Shown here piece after piece: positions 24,577 to 36,632 of a DNA stretch of 64,000 bases (positions are counted from its first letter, which is position 1; every line of letters begins with the position of its first letter). The DNA is taken from positions 17,856,001 through 17,920,000 of the forward strand of contig CM060731.1 of NCBI GenBank assembly GCA_030704615.1. The letters are read 5' to 3'. The notes beneath the pieces were generated by a model. The model did not search any database, was not told the DNA's origin, and saw only the letters and a list, made by a program, of their open reading frames with translations. The position numbers and the translations under genes are program-made. Source of the DNA: Takakia lepidozioides (Eukaryota; Plantae; Bryophyta).

Positions 24577-25072
24577 TGTTTCATTTGATATTAATTTGAC
24601 CGATGTAATGACTTGTAATGGCCAGATCTCTCCTCATCTAGAAATCTCCTTATTCATCCAAAGCGGTGATACTCATTCATAGTATATTTTTTTGGCGTAA
24701 GTACCATTAAAAGCTCTTACAATCGTACCCTAGCCAGGGTTAGTTATGGCTTTTGGCTGCATCTTGGCCATTCAATAGATCTAGGGATATGATGAGGCAC
24801 CGTTGGCTCAGCCTGTCACGCCTCACCACGCGGCGTGAAGGCATGCAGCTAGGGTTTGTATAAAGCGGCGGCCTGACCTTGTGTCAGGCAGCTCATGTAC
24901 CCTGGTGTATGTAGATGTGTAAAGCTGTCTAATTGTGATATGTGTGTATGATTTTCTGTTAGTTCGCTTGTTGAGATCTTCCTCTCGCGTGCATGCACGC
25001 TCCTCTTGCCTTGCCCCTATTATTTTGAAGAACACTTGAGAGGATAGGCAAATATTCCTCCTACTTCTTTTA
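24577..25072 (+). repeat. 5' LTR of family A copy 2
   Basis: Matches the 3' LTR from GGCCAGATCTC to CTTCTTTTA; contains TATAAA. The first ~43 bp do not match the 3' LTR. Confidence 0.8.
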
Positions 25073-25091
25073 TAGTGGAGGCGGCGGGTAT
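25073..25091 (+). other. Primer-binding site, tRNA-Ala-like
   Basis: TAGTGGAGGCGGCGGGTAT directly after the LTR resembles TGGTGGAG..., the complement of a tRNA-Ala 3' end (...CUCCACCA). Confidence 0.55.
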
Positions 25092-25883
25092 TTTCCTTGA
25101 TCATTTAAACGGTGTGCTTAGGTTAACCCTTAAATGCCCAGTGCCATAGTTTGACTTTTTCAGAAAACATGACCCCTTAAGTGAAAAAAAGGTGTAACTT
25201 TCAGAAAATTAACTTTTTAAAGAACTTGACCGCGCTTTAGGTGCGTACCTTCCTCCTGCATCCACCTGCTGAATTTGAGGCCAATCAGCCCCAGATCCAC
25301 AAAATGCCACCGTTGAAAGTGGGCCCCATTATTGGGGCCCTTTTGAGAAACATATCCATTTTTGGTAATTTTCTAAAGATTTGAGTGACGGGATCAAATG
25401 GGATTGAGGCGAAATTAGCAGGGTTTCATCCTCTTGAGATCCCTCATCCAACAAGCCAAAAAGTATCCAATTTGGCCAATGCATGTGATGTTGCCACTTG
25501 GTCAAACCTGGGAAAATTCTCCCTCTCTCACACACGTGTGAAGAATGAAACAACGAGAATTACCTTTATCAAATCGTGACCCCCCTGCTTGCGTGATGAG
25601 ACCTCTTTGCAACTTGGCAGATCCGAGGCAATCGGGCAATGAATCTTGGTGTGCCAGGTGCCCAAGAACACTATATTTTTTTTTCACACAATTCCATGGA
25701 GAATGCAAAAAGTTATTCAGATTTTTGTAAACCCAAAAGCCCGAAACGGGCTACTGGGCGTTTAAGGGTTAAGATTAAGAGCTCCTCGGTGTCTTATAAA
25801 GATGGCGGAAGCCCGCCACCCTTCAGTGTATTTGCTTAGTGTTGAGTTCTCTCCATGCTTGCTCGTTGCTTATGTTTCAGGCT

Positions 25884-27205
25884 ATGGCGTCTCATGTGTC
25901 GATTACTAGAAGTGTTGTTAATCGTGAAGGAGTGCGCTTGCATGTAGAGCTTGATCTGGTCATTTCACTTTTTGCTTCATCTGCTAACCCTCTTTCTTCC
26001 AGCACACCGCCTGGCACTCTTGCCTTGCCGGTGTTGCTGGTGCGTGGAGATAATGCTATTGATTCAGGTCTTCTTGTCCGCTTGAATTCACCTAGTCCTA
26101 GTGAAGAAGCTAATCTAGCTGCAACCGAAGCTTGGTCACCAAGCACTAAGAGGTCTGGTTCATTGGATAGTTGTGATCCCGAGTATTATAACTTTGATAA
26201 CTATCACGATCCAGGGCCCGATTACGTTTGTCCCAGAGAGCAGGAACGAGAGTTTGAGAGGGACATAGCACGTTCACAGGAGTATGATGCTACAATGTGT
26301 AACTTACTTTCTATTGATCAATTTTGGTTTGACAAAATAGAGATTACGGTGCAACGGGACATATCCTACTTTACTGAGAGTCAAGTTTTGGCGCCAAGAC
26401 GACCTAACTCTGACCCGGCGGTGATCGCTACGGACTCTCTCTCTTTGACAAGGCAGGCTGTGGCGTCGAGGAACGCTGCTCGTCTGTCTCGTGACGTGGT
26501 CAAGTCCCATTTCTTGAATCATCAGATCCTGTCGTGGAAAGAACTGGGGCTTCACCTTCCTTTATCTATTGAACGTGTTCACCGTGATTGGCTGGTCTCC
26601 TCCTTTGTCGAGCCATCTTGGCTGTCGTTAGCTCTCCGAGGTACGGGCTTTCTCATTCACGTCTTCTTCGTTTTCATCACAAGCCAAGCAAGGGTCTGCC
26701 ACCGTCGATCGACCTGCTTCAAGGACTGTCGTCGGATAGTCTGTTTGGCCAAGGTTCCGACTTTGTCATTTTGCCAGGGACTTTGTTTGACGATCAACGG
26801 CTTGTCAGACCTGAGGTGCTTGAAAATCTTGATCACTTTCCTGTTGAATCAGTGCTATCTCGCATTTGGGAGAATGAAAACTCTACCTGTGTGTCTTTTT
26901 GGGTTAAGACCACGAGTACGTGGAAATGGTGGGCGCTCTCCATGCACGATTCTGACTCTCACGACATCACCAAGGCGATCTCATGTTCAACCTGGCCTAG
27001 AATTAAGCCGGGTGATCGTGGTATTGCGGGCTGCTGTAGCGGGTTGCTGCCCATCCCTGTTCACCGACTTTGGCTTAATCAGAACTTTTGTTGGTATTCG
27101 TTGCTTCCAGGTTATCTCTCTACTATTCCTATATCTTGGCATAGTTTAATCAAAACAAAATTTTCTTGTTCGTGTTTGGGCTCGTTGCTTTGTGTTGTAT
27201 GGTAG
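25884..27205 (+). pseudogene. Extra ORF1 upstream of gag in family A (about 440 aa, one apparent frameshift near 26650), unknown function
   Basis: Two long overlapping ORFs (25839-27149 and 26588-27205) between PBS and gag; the TAG of the second overlaps the gag ATG (ATGGTAG, 27199-27205). Confidence 0.55.
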
Positions 27206-27995
27206 AAAACACTGTTAGTACTTGGCTGAGGTCTGGGCGACAACGTGTTGCGATGGATACTCCCGATCTGGCCACAACAGAATCAGGCTCTGTCAAAGTC
27301 ATAGACGCGGGTCTTCCACCACCTGTAGGTAATTTGAGAGATAATCCGCGAATGCAACATGGGGTGGTAAGTCTAGATGAGGGATCGCCTCTACCAGAGG
27401 CCAGTCTCTATACTGATTTTTTTAGTGAGGATGGTATTGTTTCCTAAGAATTGGGTGATGTTCAGGTGACGCCCGCTGGTCTCACAACGATAGTGCAATC
27501 TGATGTTCCAGGGGTCACTATGTTGCCTAGCAATGGGCCTGTCGTGCCCAGCCCTATCCAGAATACACCATGGGAGAAGACTTTGATAGATATCTCCAGG
27601 TGTTTGAAGTAATTGCGAATGTGAATGGTGTGCCTGAGAATTTTAAAATGACAATCTTTATAATGAGCATGAAGGGACCAGCCCGTGACTTGTTGCATGC
27701 AGCTGTCATGGATAACCCCCATCTCACTTGGGCTTCCTTTGTGGAATGAGCTAAAACCCTGTTCAAGCCTCTTGAACGATCCTTGGACTGCTTCACCAAA
27801 TTGAGCTGCAGGACTTACCAGCCAGGGGAGTCCTTGTGGAAGTATTACATGGATCTAAAATTTGCTGCTGCAGAAAATATCATTGATCTATCAGAACGTG
27901 ATCCTATGGTCAAGACTTACTTTCTTCTTGGCTTGCCCCATGTTATTCAAAATTGGGCCCAACGTCATCATTTTGTTAATGACAAAACTATGCTT
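27199..27995 (+). pseudogene. Family A gag, N-terminal and capsid part
   Basis: GEDFDRYLQVFEVIANVNG...SMKGPARDLL...LTWASF...YQPGESLWKYYMDLK...FLLGLP capsid-like pattern with stops and frameshifts. Confidence 0.8.
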
Positions 27996-28838
27996 TCCAC
28001 GTGACATTGTCGCCGCGTGGCCTATCCTACTTCTTTTCCGGTCGAAATGAGTCACCCTCCCGCCGGGTCTTCTTGTGGTGCAACTCCGTACGGCCTTGTC
28101 TTTCGCCCCTAGGGACATCCGAGAAACATTCAGCCTTCTCAATTGCCTCGTTCAAAGTCTTGGGTGGCTTTTCCTCCAATTTCCGCCTGGCCCATGGGGC
28201 CAGTCTCGCCACAAAGTTGAAGACCATTTCTGGTTCTGCCATGTCCGCAACTTCGAGCAACAGCACATTGAAAGCCTGAACATATCCCCGAATGTCATCC
28301 GTTTGCTTCAGATTCCTCATCTTGTCCCAGGCGAGCCAAGACGCGTTGAGGGGCACAAACTGTCTCTTCATCAGTTCCTTGAACCCACTCCAGTTCAAGG
28401 TTTCCGGGTTTGGGCCTCGGTCGTAAAGGCGTTTCTGCCACCATTGTTGAGCATAACCCCTCAAATAAGTGGGAGCCACTTCCACCCGATCCTCGTCACT
28501 CAACTTGGCCGCCCGGAAGTATTGCTCTAGTTCCAAGAGCCATGTGTTGAGTGCCTTCCAATTTCAGACACCCTCGAAGATGTCGGGTTCCTTAGGCTTC
28601 ACCTTAAACTTTGCCTTAGTGGAAGTGGCATTAGCCGCCTTGAACACATCTTTCAACGTCCCGCCAAACTGCGCCAACAACCCTTCCCAAAAGGCTGCTG
28701 GCATGGGAGGCATCTGTTGGTCTGGCGGAGCTCTTAGGGATTCCTCGGGCTCCGACTCCTCATATTCCTCCCGTTCTTGAGCGGCCTCGTTTTCAAAAGC
28801 ATGCATCGCTTCCTCAAATGGCCGCTTCGGTGACACGT
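27994..28838 (-). pseudogene. gag fragment of the older chromovirus B2 (inverted segment)
   Basis: Near-identical to B1 gag (34115-34960) with stops; ends at the rearrangement junction. Confidence 0.9.
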
Positions 28839-31800
28839 TGTCGCGCACCTCACTTCGGTAAACTCCCCTTCAAGTCATAGTTACTCGCTTTGATGCGCGC
28901 GCCTGACTCCCAACCTGGCCGCCGGGCCAACTTGGAGCTTCGGCTGCTCACCGGGACATAACGGTCCCCCTTCGCTTCCCTCTAAAACCCTCCACCTAAT
29001 TGGGACTAGGAGAATTCCCTTTGGTAGATGGCAGTCCGGAACAGCTCCCCACTCTTTGGTCGCTTTCCGGCTCGCTCGCTTACTCACTAGTTTTTGGTCA
29101 CCAACGGGCTTGCACCGTTCTCGGGGTTACTACTCCCTATATATACTTCTGTAGCTGTCCGCGGGGGTTTCACAACCAGCCATGCCATTTTATGGCGAAC
29201 CACCACGAAGACCCTCGACTCCCGGTGGTGAGTCGCGGTGAGTCGTGGCCCTCTCACCACGACCCCATTGGGCCGTGATGAGTCCCAAGACTCCCCACGA
29301 CTCCCACCACGAGGTCTCCACCCTATGGTGAGTCCTATGCCACCCCCACTAAGACCCGCTAAGCTACCACCACCCCTTGTGGAGCCACCCCCACCGCAAC
29401 CCGGTGTGCAGGGCTCCTCCTAGTGAGCGCCTCCGCCTCCTTGAGTGCCTTGGACACTCAAGGGCGCTTCAGCCCCCCATACCTATCGCTGCCGCTGCCC
29501 CCACCACAGGGGCAGCCCCTCATGTGTCCCGACCCCCCGCCCTCAAGGCAAAGGGCCGCGACACACACCCCTACCAACAAGGAGTCGATGTCCTCATCGA
29601 CTTGTCCATTTTGTAGAAACGAACATCCAAGTTGTGGCGTCCCACATCAAGGTATTTGTTTCCGCACCATGGCGTCCCATGGTAAAGAACCAAACCCCAC
29701 ACTTGACTCTACTCTCCACTAGCTAGTTCGGCCGACTTCCTCCAAGTCCCGGCCAAGGGTGGAGCCTCTCCAGCTCCTCCCAGTGCACTCTTCTTGGCCT
29801 ACTTCAAGGCCAAGGAACGATCCTCCCCGAGGATCGAATCGCCTTACTGCAACAACATTGCTTGCGATCGCTCATGATGCCGCTTTTGGCATCACCTTGA
29901 GCAAGGGTTCACCTGGAACCCTCTTTGACTAGGAAGATAACCTTGAACCAACCGTGCGCCCCAATCACTACAATTGGGTCCGCCTTGGAATGCTGGCCTG
30001 AGGTACGGGAACACGCCGAAGCCGCACTACGACTTCGTCCCGAGGCTACACGATTATAGTACGTGAACGGAAGCACGTAGCTTCTGCGTTAGCCCGCACT
30101 ACAAGGCAACCCCCTCGGTAGCGCATTTATAGTACGCGCACGCGCCAGGTGCGCACTAGCACGTGAACTCCCAAAGAAGGCGCAAGTTTCCTTGCCCCTT
30201 GGATGGGAGTCACCCGATTTCGGCACTGCGCAAACACACGATTAACCCAATTTACCTCTCCCACTTTTGTAAGCTAGCATGCATTCTACACACTAGCCAA
30301 CCACACCATGCATCACCATTCCAAACACAATAGGACGCACAATATTTGGAACCCATTTCCTTTATAACAAATTTTTGTACAATACAAGTTTTTGCAATCG
30401 GATTCCTGAGCTAGCTAAACCGGGCTAAGCATGCATTTCCTTCCCCACGCTCCAAGGTTGATGTCCCCATCGACGCTTCTTCCGCTTTTGAGGTCGCCCT
30501 TCGAAAGCTGCAACCGCCTCGGATGCGTTTCCCATTTCTGAGGCACGCACCCAAGATGCCTCCACATGATGATAGCCCTTCCATTTGACGAGATACTCCG
30601 TTTCTCGGTTCTTGAACCTCCTCGACTTAAGTATTGCCTCCACCTCGTACTCAGGTTCATTTTCATGATCCAACAGCATAGGTGGCGGACGCAACACTTG
30701 ATGCCGATTCGGACGCGCTTCATCTTTGAAGTAAGGTTTCAAAAGGGAGACATGGAATACTGGGTGCACCTTGCTGTTTGCCGGCAGCTCCAATTCATAC
30801 ACATCCTCATTCATAACCTTCCGAATGCGAAAGGGTCCCGCATATGGAGGTACAAACTTCGGACTCACTTCCGGAGGTAGTCGGAAATTCTTGATGTTCA
30901 ACCAGACCTCTGTGCCTGCCTCAAACTTCACTTCCCTCCGCTTCCGATTCGCCTGCCTTTCATACCGTTTCCTAGCTTTGGCAATATTGTACTTTGCGAG
31001 CTTCAACAAACGCTCGCGTTCTTCCAGTACCGCCGCTACTGTCGGTTCCTCAACGTCCTGGGCGGCCCAACTTGTCGGCACCAGAGGTGCTTTTCCATAG
31101 ACCAATACAAAAGGGGAAACTCCCGTTGCGGAGTGTTCTGTGTTATTATAACAGAATTCTGCCGCGTCTAAGTGTTCCATCCAGTCTGATTGGTCTGCCG
31201 ACACGTAATTCCGCAAGAATTGCTTCACTACGGAATTCATTCTTTCCGTTTGGCCGTCCGTCGTAGGTCGGAAGGCGGTGCTCATCATCAGCCTCGTCCC
31301 CATCTTCTTCCAAAGTGCTCTCCAGAATTTACTCGTAAACTTTGGATCGCGATCCGAGACAATATCCTTTGGGACTCCATGATGCTTTAAGACGTGGGCG
31401 AAGTAAAGTCGCCCTGTCTCCTGCGCCGTTGCCATCTCCTTGGTGGGGATGAAATGGCCCATTTTACTGAACCTATCCACCACCACCATGATTGCATCGA
31501 ATCCTTTTGACAGCGGCATAGCAGTCATGAAATCCATCGAGACGCTTTCCCAAGTCCCCTCTGGAATCGGCAAGGGTTGTAACAGCCCCGCTTGCTTTTT
31601 GTACTCGCTCCGGTTTTGTTGGCATGTGGTGCATGTCTTGACATACTCCTCTGCCTCCTCCCTCAGTTTGGGCCAGAAATACTCTTTCTTCAAGAGTGCC
31701 GCAGTGCGCTTGGCTCCACCGTGGCCCGCAAGCAGGCTATCATGGCATTCTCTCAAGAGGCTATCTCTGATCCCTCCCTTCGGCACGTAGAGACATTTTT

Positions 31801-34800
31801 GCTTATACCGAAGCAGTCCATTTTGCAAGTGGAACTGCGATTTAACCCCCATCCTCAAGTCCTGCATCACGGACTTCGCTAGCTCATCCTTTCGGCAAGC
31901 CTTCCGGATCTTCCTTTGGAGCGCCGTCTCGCCCTGGTACACCAACAAGAGCTGCTGCTTTCTACTTAAAGCATCGGCCACCACATTGTCCCGTCCTGGT
32001 TTGTACTGGATATCCACGTCGAAGACCGCCAAAGTATCTTGCCACCTAAGTTGTTTTGGGGACAACTTGGGCTGCGTGGCAAAATACTTCACTGTGACAT
32101 TGTCCGTGAACACCTTCACTGGGTTGGAACCAACATAGTGGCGCCAAAGCTCAAGGCAATGCACCACCGCCTTCATCTCTTTTTCGTGCGTCGGCCACCG
32201 TCGCTCCACTTCATTCAGTTTCTTACTTTCGTAAGCCACTGGACGTCCATCTTGCATCAGTACACCCCCAATCGCGAAGTCCGACGCATCTGTATGTATC
32301 TCGAACGGACGATCGAACTCCGGGATTTTCAAGACTGGAGCTTCCGCCATCCGCTGCTTCAATTCAGCAAAAGCTTGGCCACAAAAGGTGTTCCATGTCC
32401 AGACTTTAGATTTACACAGAAGGTCCGACAGCGGCCCCGTGATCTTAGCGAAATTTCTCACATACTTCCGGTAATAGGAGGCGAGTCCTAGGAAGGATCG
32501 CACTCCCGGGACCGAAGTCGGAGGCTCCCAGTCCAAGATCGCCCTCACCTTTCTGTCATCCATTTTGATCCCATCCTGTGTAATCACATGCCCCAAGAAC
32601 TCCACTTTCGTGACCCCGAATTCGCACTTTGAAGCTTTGGCATACAGCTTCCCTTCCCGCAATTTTTGGAACACCCTTTTGAGGTGCTCCAGGTGCTCCT
32701 CCTTTGTTTTCGAGTACACCAAGATATCGTCGATGTACACGATCACAAAGTCATCCAACCACTCCTGGAAAAGGCTGTTCATCAGCGTGCTAAATGTCGC
32801 TGGTGCATTGGTGAGCCCAAAAGGCATCACCAAGAACTCATATGAACCATACCTTGTCCTGCACGCGGTCTTCTCCTCATCTCCTTCCGCCACCCGAATT
32901 TGGTGATAGCCGGAGCGCAAGTCAATCCGGCTGAAATACTTCGCTCCTGCCAACCGATCGAAGAGGTCGTCGATCCTTGGCAAGGGGTACCGGTTTTTGA
33001 TATTCACCTTATTCAGAGCCCTGTAATCGACACACATCCGCAGCGTCCCATCCTTCTTGTCTGCAAATAGCACCGGGGCTCCGTAAGGTGACTTACTCGG
33101 CCGGATGTACCCCTTTGACATTAGATCCTTGAGCTGAGTCTTCAGCTCGACCAACTCTTTGTGGCTCAACCGATAGGGCGCCTTGGCAGGCGGTTCCGAT
33201 CCCGGTATCACCTCAATCTTGTGGTCAACTCCTCTTCGCGGTGGCAAGCCGCTTGGTAAATCCTCCGGCATCACATCCTGGTATTTCTCCAAAACCCCCT
33301 TGATCCAATCTGGGCTCGGCTCCCCATCGCCTTCTCTTTTCAGTTCTCTAATGTAAAGCAAAAACTGGGGCTCGTGTGCCTCCTCCACGGCCCACTCCTT
33401 TGCTGACAGAAGGTTTATTCGCCCTCCCACGGATTTGGGCGTTTCAAACACTCGTAAAACCTCGCCACCATTCCCACATGGCAGCGTGACTACTCTCTTG
33501 CGGCCATCTATGACCGCTCCGGATTTGCTCAAAAAGGTCATCCCCAAAATGAGATCCACTCCATCGATCTCGCAGATGGTGAAAATCTCACGTCCCTTCC
33601 AACTCCCCAGTTGAAGAGGAACATCAATCGCCAACCTTGTCGCCAACTGTGGTTCTCCTTTGGCAGAACGCACCTCAATAGAGGCCCCTACGTCACTTGT
33701 CGGGAGTCCCAACTTTTGTGCCGTTGCCGGTGTCATGAAGGAGTGCGACGCTCCTGTGTCCACCAACAACGACACATTAGTTCCGGATATTATCCCATCC
33801 ACGAACAATAACTGACTCCCTTTTCGTAAGGCGCCAGTTTCCTGATATAACTCACAAGAAAATTTGCCTACCTTGCAAGTCTTGGCAACCACCGCTTCCA
33901 CCAAGCGACTGATGGTATCTTCCGACAGCTCCGTGGTCGCCCGAGTCATGTTCAATTGCCGGGGCTTCGTGCACTTCTTGGCCATGTGCCCGAGCTCCCC
34001 GCAATTGAAACACACTCCATCAAAGGTCGCCTTCTGTCCGCCATAAGCCGCTCCACCCGCTTTTCCTTTCGAAGCACCGGGTGCCGCCTTGACGTGTGAA
34101 GGCCCTCCCTTCGATTTCCACGTGCCATTTTCGCCGCGTGGCCTATCCCACTTCTTTTCCGGTCGGAAGGAGTCACCTTCCCGCCGGGTCTTCTTGTGGT
34201 TCAGCTCCGTACGGCCTTGTCTTTCACCCCTAGGGACATCTGAGAAACATTCAGCCCTCTCAATAGCCTCGTTCAAAGTCTTGGGTGGCTTCTCCTCCAA
34301 CTTCCGCCTGGCCCATGGGGCCAGTCCCGCCACAAAGTTGAAGACCATTTCTGGTTCTGCCATGTCCACGACTTCGAGCAACAGCACATTGAAAGCCTGG
34401 ACATACCCCCGAATGTCATCTGTTTGCTTCAAATTCCTCATCTTGTCCCGGTCAAGCCAGGACGCGTTGAGGGGCACAAACTGTCTCTTCATCAATTCCT
34501 TGAACCCACTCCTGTTCAAGGTTTCCGGGCTTGGACCTCGGTCGTGAAGGCGTTTCTGCCACCATTGTTGAGCATAGCCCCTCAAATAGGTGGGAGCCAC
34601 TTCCACCCGATCCTCGTCACTCAACTTGGCCGCCCGGAAGTACTGCTCTAGCTCCAAGAGCCAGGTGTTGAGTGCCTTCCAATTTCGGACGCCCTCGAAG
34701 GTGTCGGGTTCCTTAGGCTTCACCTTAAACTTTGCCTTAGTAGAAGTGGCATTAGCCGTCTTCAACACGTCTTTCAACGTCCCGCCAAACTGCGCCAACA

Positions 34801-35812
34801 ACCCTTCCCAAAAGGCTGCCGGCATGGGAGGCATCTCTTGGTTTGTCGGAGCTCTCAAGGATTCCTCGGGCTCCGACTCCTCGGATTCCTCCCGCTCTTG
34901 GGCGGCCTCGTTTTCGGAAACATGCATCGCTTCCTCAAACGGCCGCCTCGGTGACACGCCGCCCCCATCGGGCTCACCGGGGTCATCATCTTTTGGGCCG
35001 TTCCGCTTTCGCTTCGGCTTGCCCGACCCCATGATGAGGCCAATCCCAAGGACGATCGCGTACTGAACTCTAAGCTCTGATACCAAGTGTCGCGCACCTC
35101 ACTTCGGTAAACTCCCCTTCAAGTCATAGTTACTCGCTTTGATGCGCGCGCCTGACTCCCAACCTGGCCGCCGGGCCAACTTGGAGCTTCGGCTGCTCAC
35201 CGGGACATAACGGTCCCCCTTCGCTTCCCTCTAAAACCCTCCACCTAATTGGGACTAGGAGAATTCCCTTTGGTAGATGGCAGTCCGGAACAGCTCCCCA
35301 CTCTTTGGTCGCTTTCCGGCTCGCTCGCTTACTCACTAGTTTTTGGTCACCAACGGGCTTGCACCGTTCTCGGGTTACTACTCCCTATATATACTTCTGT
35401 AGCTGTCCGCGGGGGTTTCACAACCAGCCATGCCATTTTATGGCGAACCACCACGAAGACCCTCGACTCCCGGTGGTGAGTCGCGGTGAGTCTTGGCCCT
35501 CTCACCACGACCCCATTGGGCCGTGATGAGTCCCAAGACTCCCCACGACTCCCACCACGAGGTCTCCACCCTATGGTTAGTCCTATGCCACCCCCACTAA
35601 GACCCGCTAAGCTACCACCACCCCTTGTGGAGCCACCCCCACCGCAACCCGGTGTGCAGGGCTCCTCCTAGTGAGCGCCTCCGCCTCCTTGAGTGCCTTG
35701 GACACTCAAGGGCGCTTCAGCCCCCCCATACCTATCGCTGCCGCTGCCCCCACCACAGGGGCAGCCCCTCATGTGTCTCGACCCCCCGCCCTCAAGGCAA
35801 AGGGCCGCGACA
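28839..35812 (-). mobile_element. Young, intact chromovirus (Galadriel-type Ty3/Gypsy) B1
   Basis: 725-bp LTRs at 28839-29563 and 35088-35812 (TG...CA, about 3 substitutions and 2 one-base indels by eye), TSD CACGT (28834-28838 and 35813-35817), tRNA-Met(i) PBS TGGTATCAGAGC (35074-35085), G-rich PPT next to 29563. Confidence 0.97.
30425..35032 (-). CDS. Gag-Pol polyprotein of B1 (gag, CCHC, PR, RT, RNase H, IN, chromodomain)
   Basis: Single open frame; first in-frame ATG at 35032. [86 protein letters not shown] and [11 protein letters not shown] are Galadriel-like. Confidence 0.95.
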   Translation of the reverse strand: MGSGKPKRKRNGPKDDDPGEPDGGGVSPRRPFEEAMHVSENEAAQEREESEESEPEESLRAPTNQEMPPMPAAFWEGLLAQFGGTLKDVLKTANATSTKAKFKVKPKEPDTFEGVRNWKALNTWLLELEQYFRAAKLSDEDRVEVAPTYLRGYAQQWWQKRLHDRGPSPETLNRSGFKELMKRQFVPLNASWLDRDKMRNLKQTDDIRGYVQAFNVLLLEVVDMAEPEMVFNFVAGLAPWARRKLEEKPPKTLNEAIERAECFSDVPRGERQGRTELNHKKTRREGDSFRPEKKWDRPRGENGTWKSKGGPSHVKAAPGASKGKAGGAAYGGQKATFDGVCFNCGELGHMAKKCTKPRQLNMTRATTELSEDTISRLVEAVVAKTCKVGKFSCELYQETGALRKGSQLLFVDGIISGTNVSLLVDTGASHSFMTPATAQKLGLPTSDVGASIEVRSAKGEPQLATRLAIDVPLQLGSWKGREIFTICEIDGVDLILGMTFLSKSGAVIDGRKRVVTLPCGNGGEVLRVFETPKSVGGRINLLSAKEWAVEEAHEPQFLLYIRELKREGDGEPSPDWIKGVLEKYQDVMPEDLPSGLPPRRGVDHKIEVIPGSEPPAKAPYRLSHKELVELKTQLKDLMSKGYIRPSKSPYGAPVLFADKKDGTLRMCVDYRALNKVNIKNRYPLPRIDDLFDRLAGAKYFSRIDLRSGYHQIRVAEGDEEKTACRTRYGSYEFLVMPFGLTNAPATFSTLMNSLFQEWLDDFVIVYIDDILVYSKTKEEHLEHLKRVFQKLREGKLYAKASKCEFGVTKVEFLGHVITQDGIKMDDRKVRAILDWEPPTSVPGVRSFLGLASYYRKYVRNFAKITGPLSDLLCKSKVWTWNTFCGQAFAELKQRMAEAPVLKIPEFDRPFEIHTDASDFAIGGVLMQDGRPVAYESKKLNEVERRWPTHEKEMKAVVHCLELWRHYVGSNPVKVFTDNVTVKYFATQPKLSPKQLRWQDTLAVFDVDIQYKPGRDNVVADALSRKQQLLLVYQGETALQRKIRKACRKDELAKSVMQDLRMGVKSQFHLQNGLLRYKQKCLYVPKGGIRDSLLRECHDSLLAGHGGAKRTAALLKKEYFWPKLREEAEEYVKTCTTCQQNRSEYKKQAGLLQPLPIPEGTWESVSMDFMTAMPLSKGFDAIMVVVDRFSKMGHFIPTKEMATAQETGRLYFAHVLKHHGVPKDIVSDRDPKFTSKFWRALWKKMGTRLMMSTAFRPTTDGQTERMNSVVKQFLRNYVSADQSDWMEHLDAAEFCYNNTEHSATGVSPFVLVYGKAPLVPTSWAAQDVEEPTVAAVLEERERLLKLAKYNIAKARKRYERQANRKRREVKFEAGTEVWLNIKNFRLPPEVSPKFVPPYAGPFRIRKVMNEDVYELELPANSKVHPVFHVSLLKPYFKDEARPNRHQVLRPPPMLLDHENEPEYEVEAILKSRRFKNRETEYLVKWKGYHHVEASWVRASEMGNASEAVAAFEGRPQKRKKRRWGHQPWSVGKEMHA

Positions 35813-35907
35813 CACGTCGCCCCCATCGGGCTCACCATGATCATCATCTTTCGGGCCGTTCCGTACTGAACTCGATTGCGTACTGAACTCTAAGCTCTGA
35901 TTCCAAG

Positions 35908-36632
35908 TGTTGCGCACCTCACTTCGGTAAGCTCCCCTTCAAGTCACAGTTACTCGCTTTGATGCGCGCTCCTAACTCCCAACCTGGCCGTCGCGCCAAC
36001 TCGGAGCTTCGGCTGCTCACCGAGACATAACGGTCCTTCTTTCTTCCCCCAACAGACCCTCCACCAATTTGGGCCTAGTGGAAATTCCATTTGGTAGATG
36101 GCAGTCCGGAATAGCCCCCCACTCCTTGGTTGCTTTCCAGCTCGCTCGCTTACTCACTAGTTTTTGGTCACCAACGGGCTTGCACCGTTCTTGGGGTTAC
36201 TACTCCCTATATATACTTCTGTGACTGTCCGCGGGGGTTCCACAAACAACACCATCCTTTTATGGCGAACCACCACGAAGACCCTCGATTCCCGGTGATG
36301 AGTCGCGATGAGTCTTGGCCCACCCACCACGGCCCCATTGGACCGTGATGAGTTCCAAGACTCCCCACGACTCCCACCACAAGGTCTCCGCCCCATGGTG
36401 AGTCCTATGCCACCCTCACTAAGTCCCACTAAGCTACCACCACCCCGCGTGGAACCACCCCCACCGCAACCCGGTGTGCGGGGCTCCACCTAGTGAGCGC
36501 CTCCGCCTCCTTGAGTGCCTTGGCCACTCAAGGGTGCTTCAGCCCCCGCATCTATTGTTGCCACCGCCCCCACTACAAGGGCAGCCCCTCTTGTGTCCCG
36601 ACCCCCTGCCCTCAAGGCAAAGGGCCGCGACA
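35908..36632 (-). repeat. 5' LTR of the older chromovirus B2 (now inverted)
   Basis: 725-bp copy of the B LTR beside a degenerate PBS (GCTCTGATTCCA). Its flank AAGGT is the reverse complement of ACCTT at 45273-45277. Confidence 0.93.

Noticed and set aside
25073-25091. Similarity to the complement of a bacterial tmRNA 3' end
   Set aside because: Position directly after an LTR explains it as an Ala-type PBS; tmRNA mimics tRNA-Ala.
28881-29726. Many short ORFs in the B-family LTRs and antisense to pol
   Set aside because: GC-rich LTR or shadow frames, repeated only because the LTRs are repeated.
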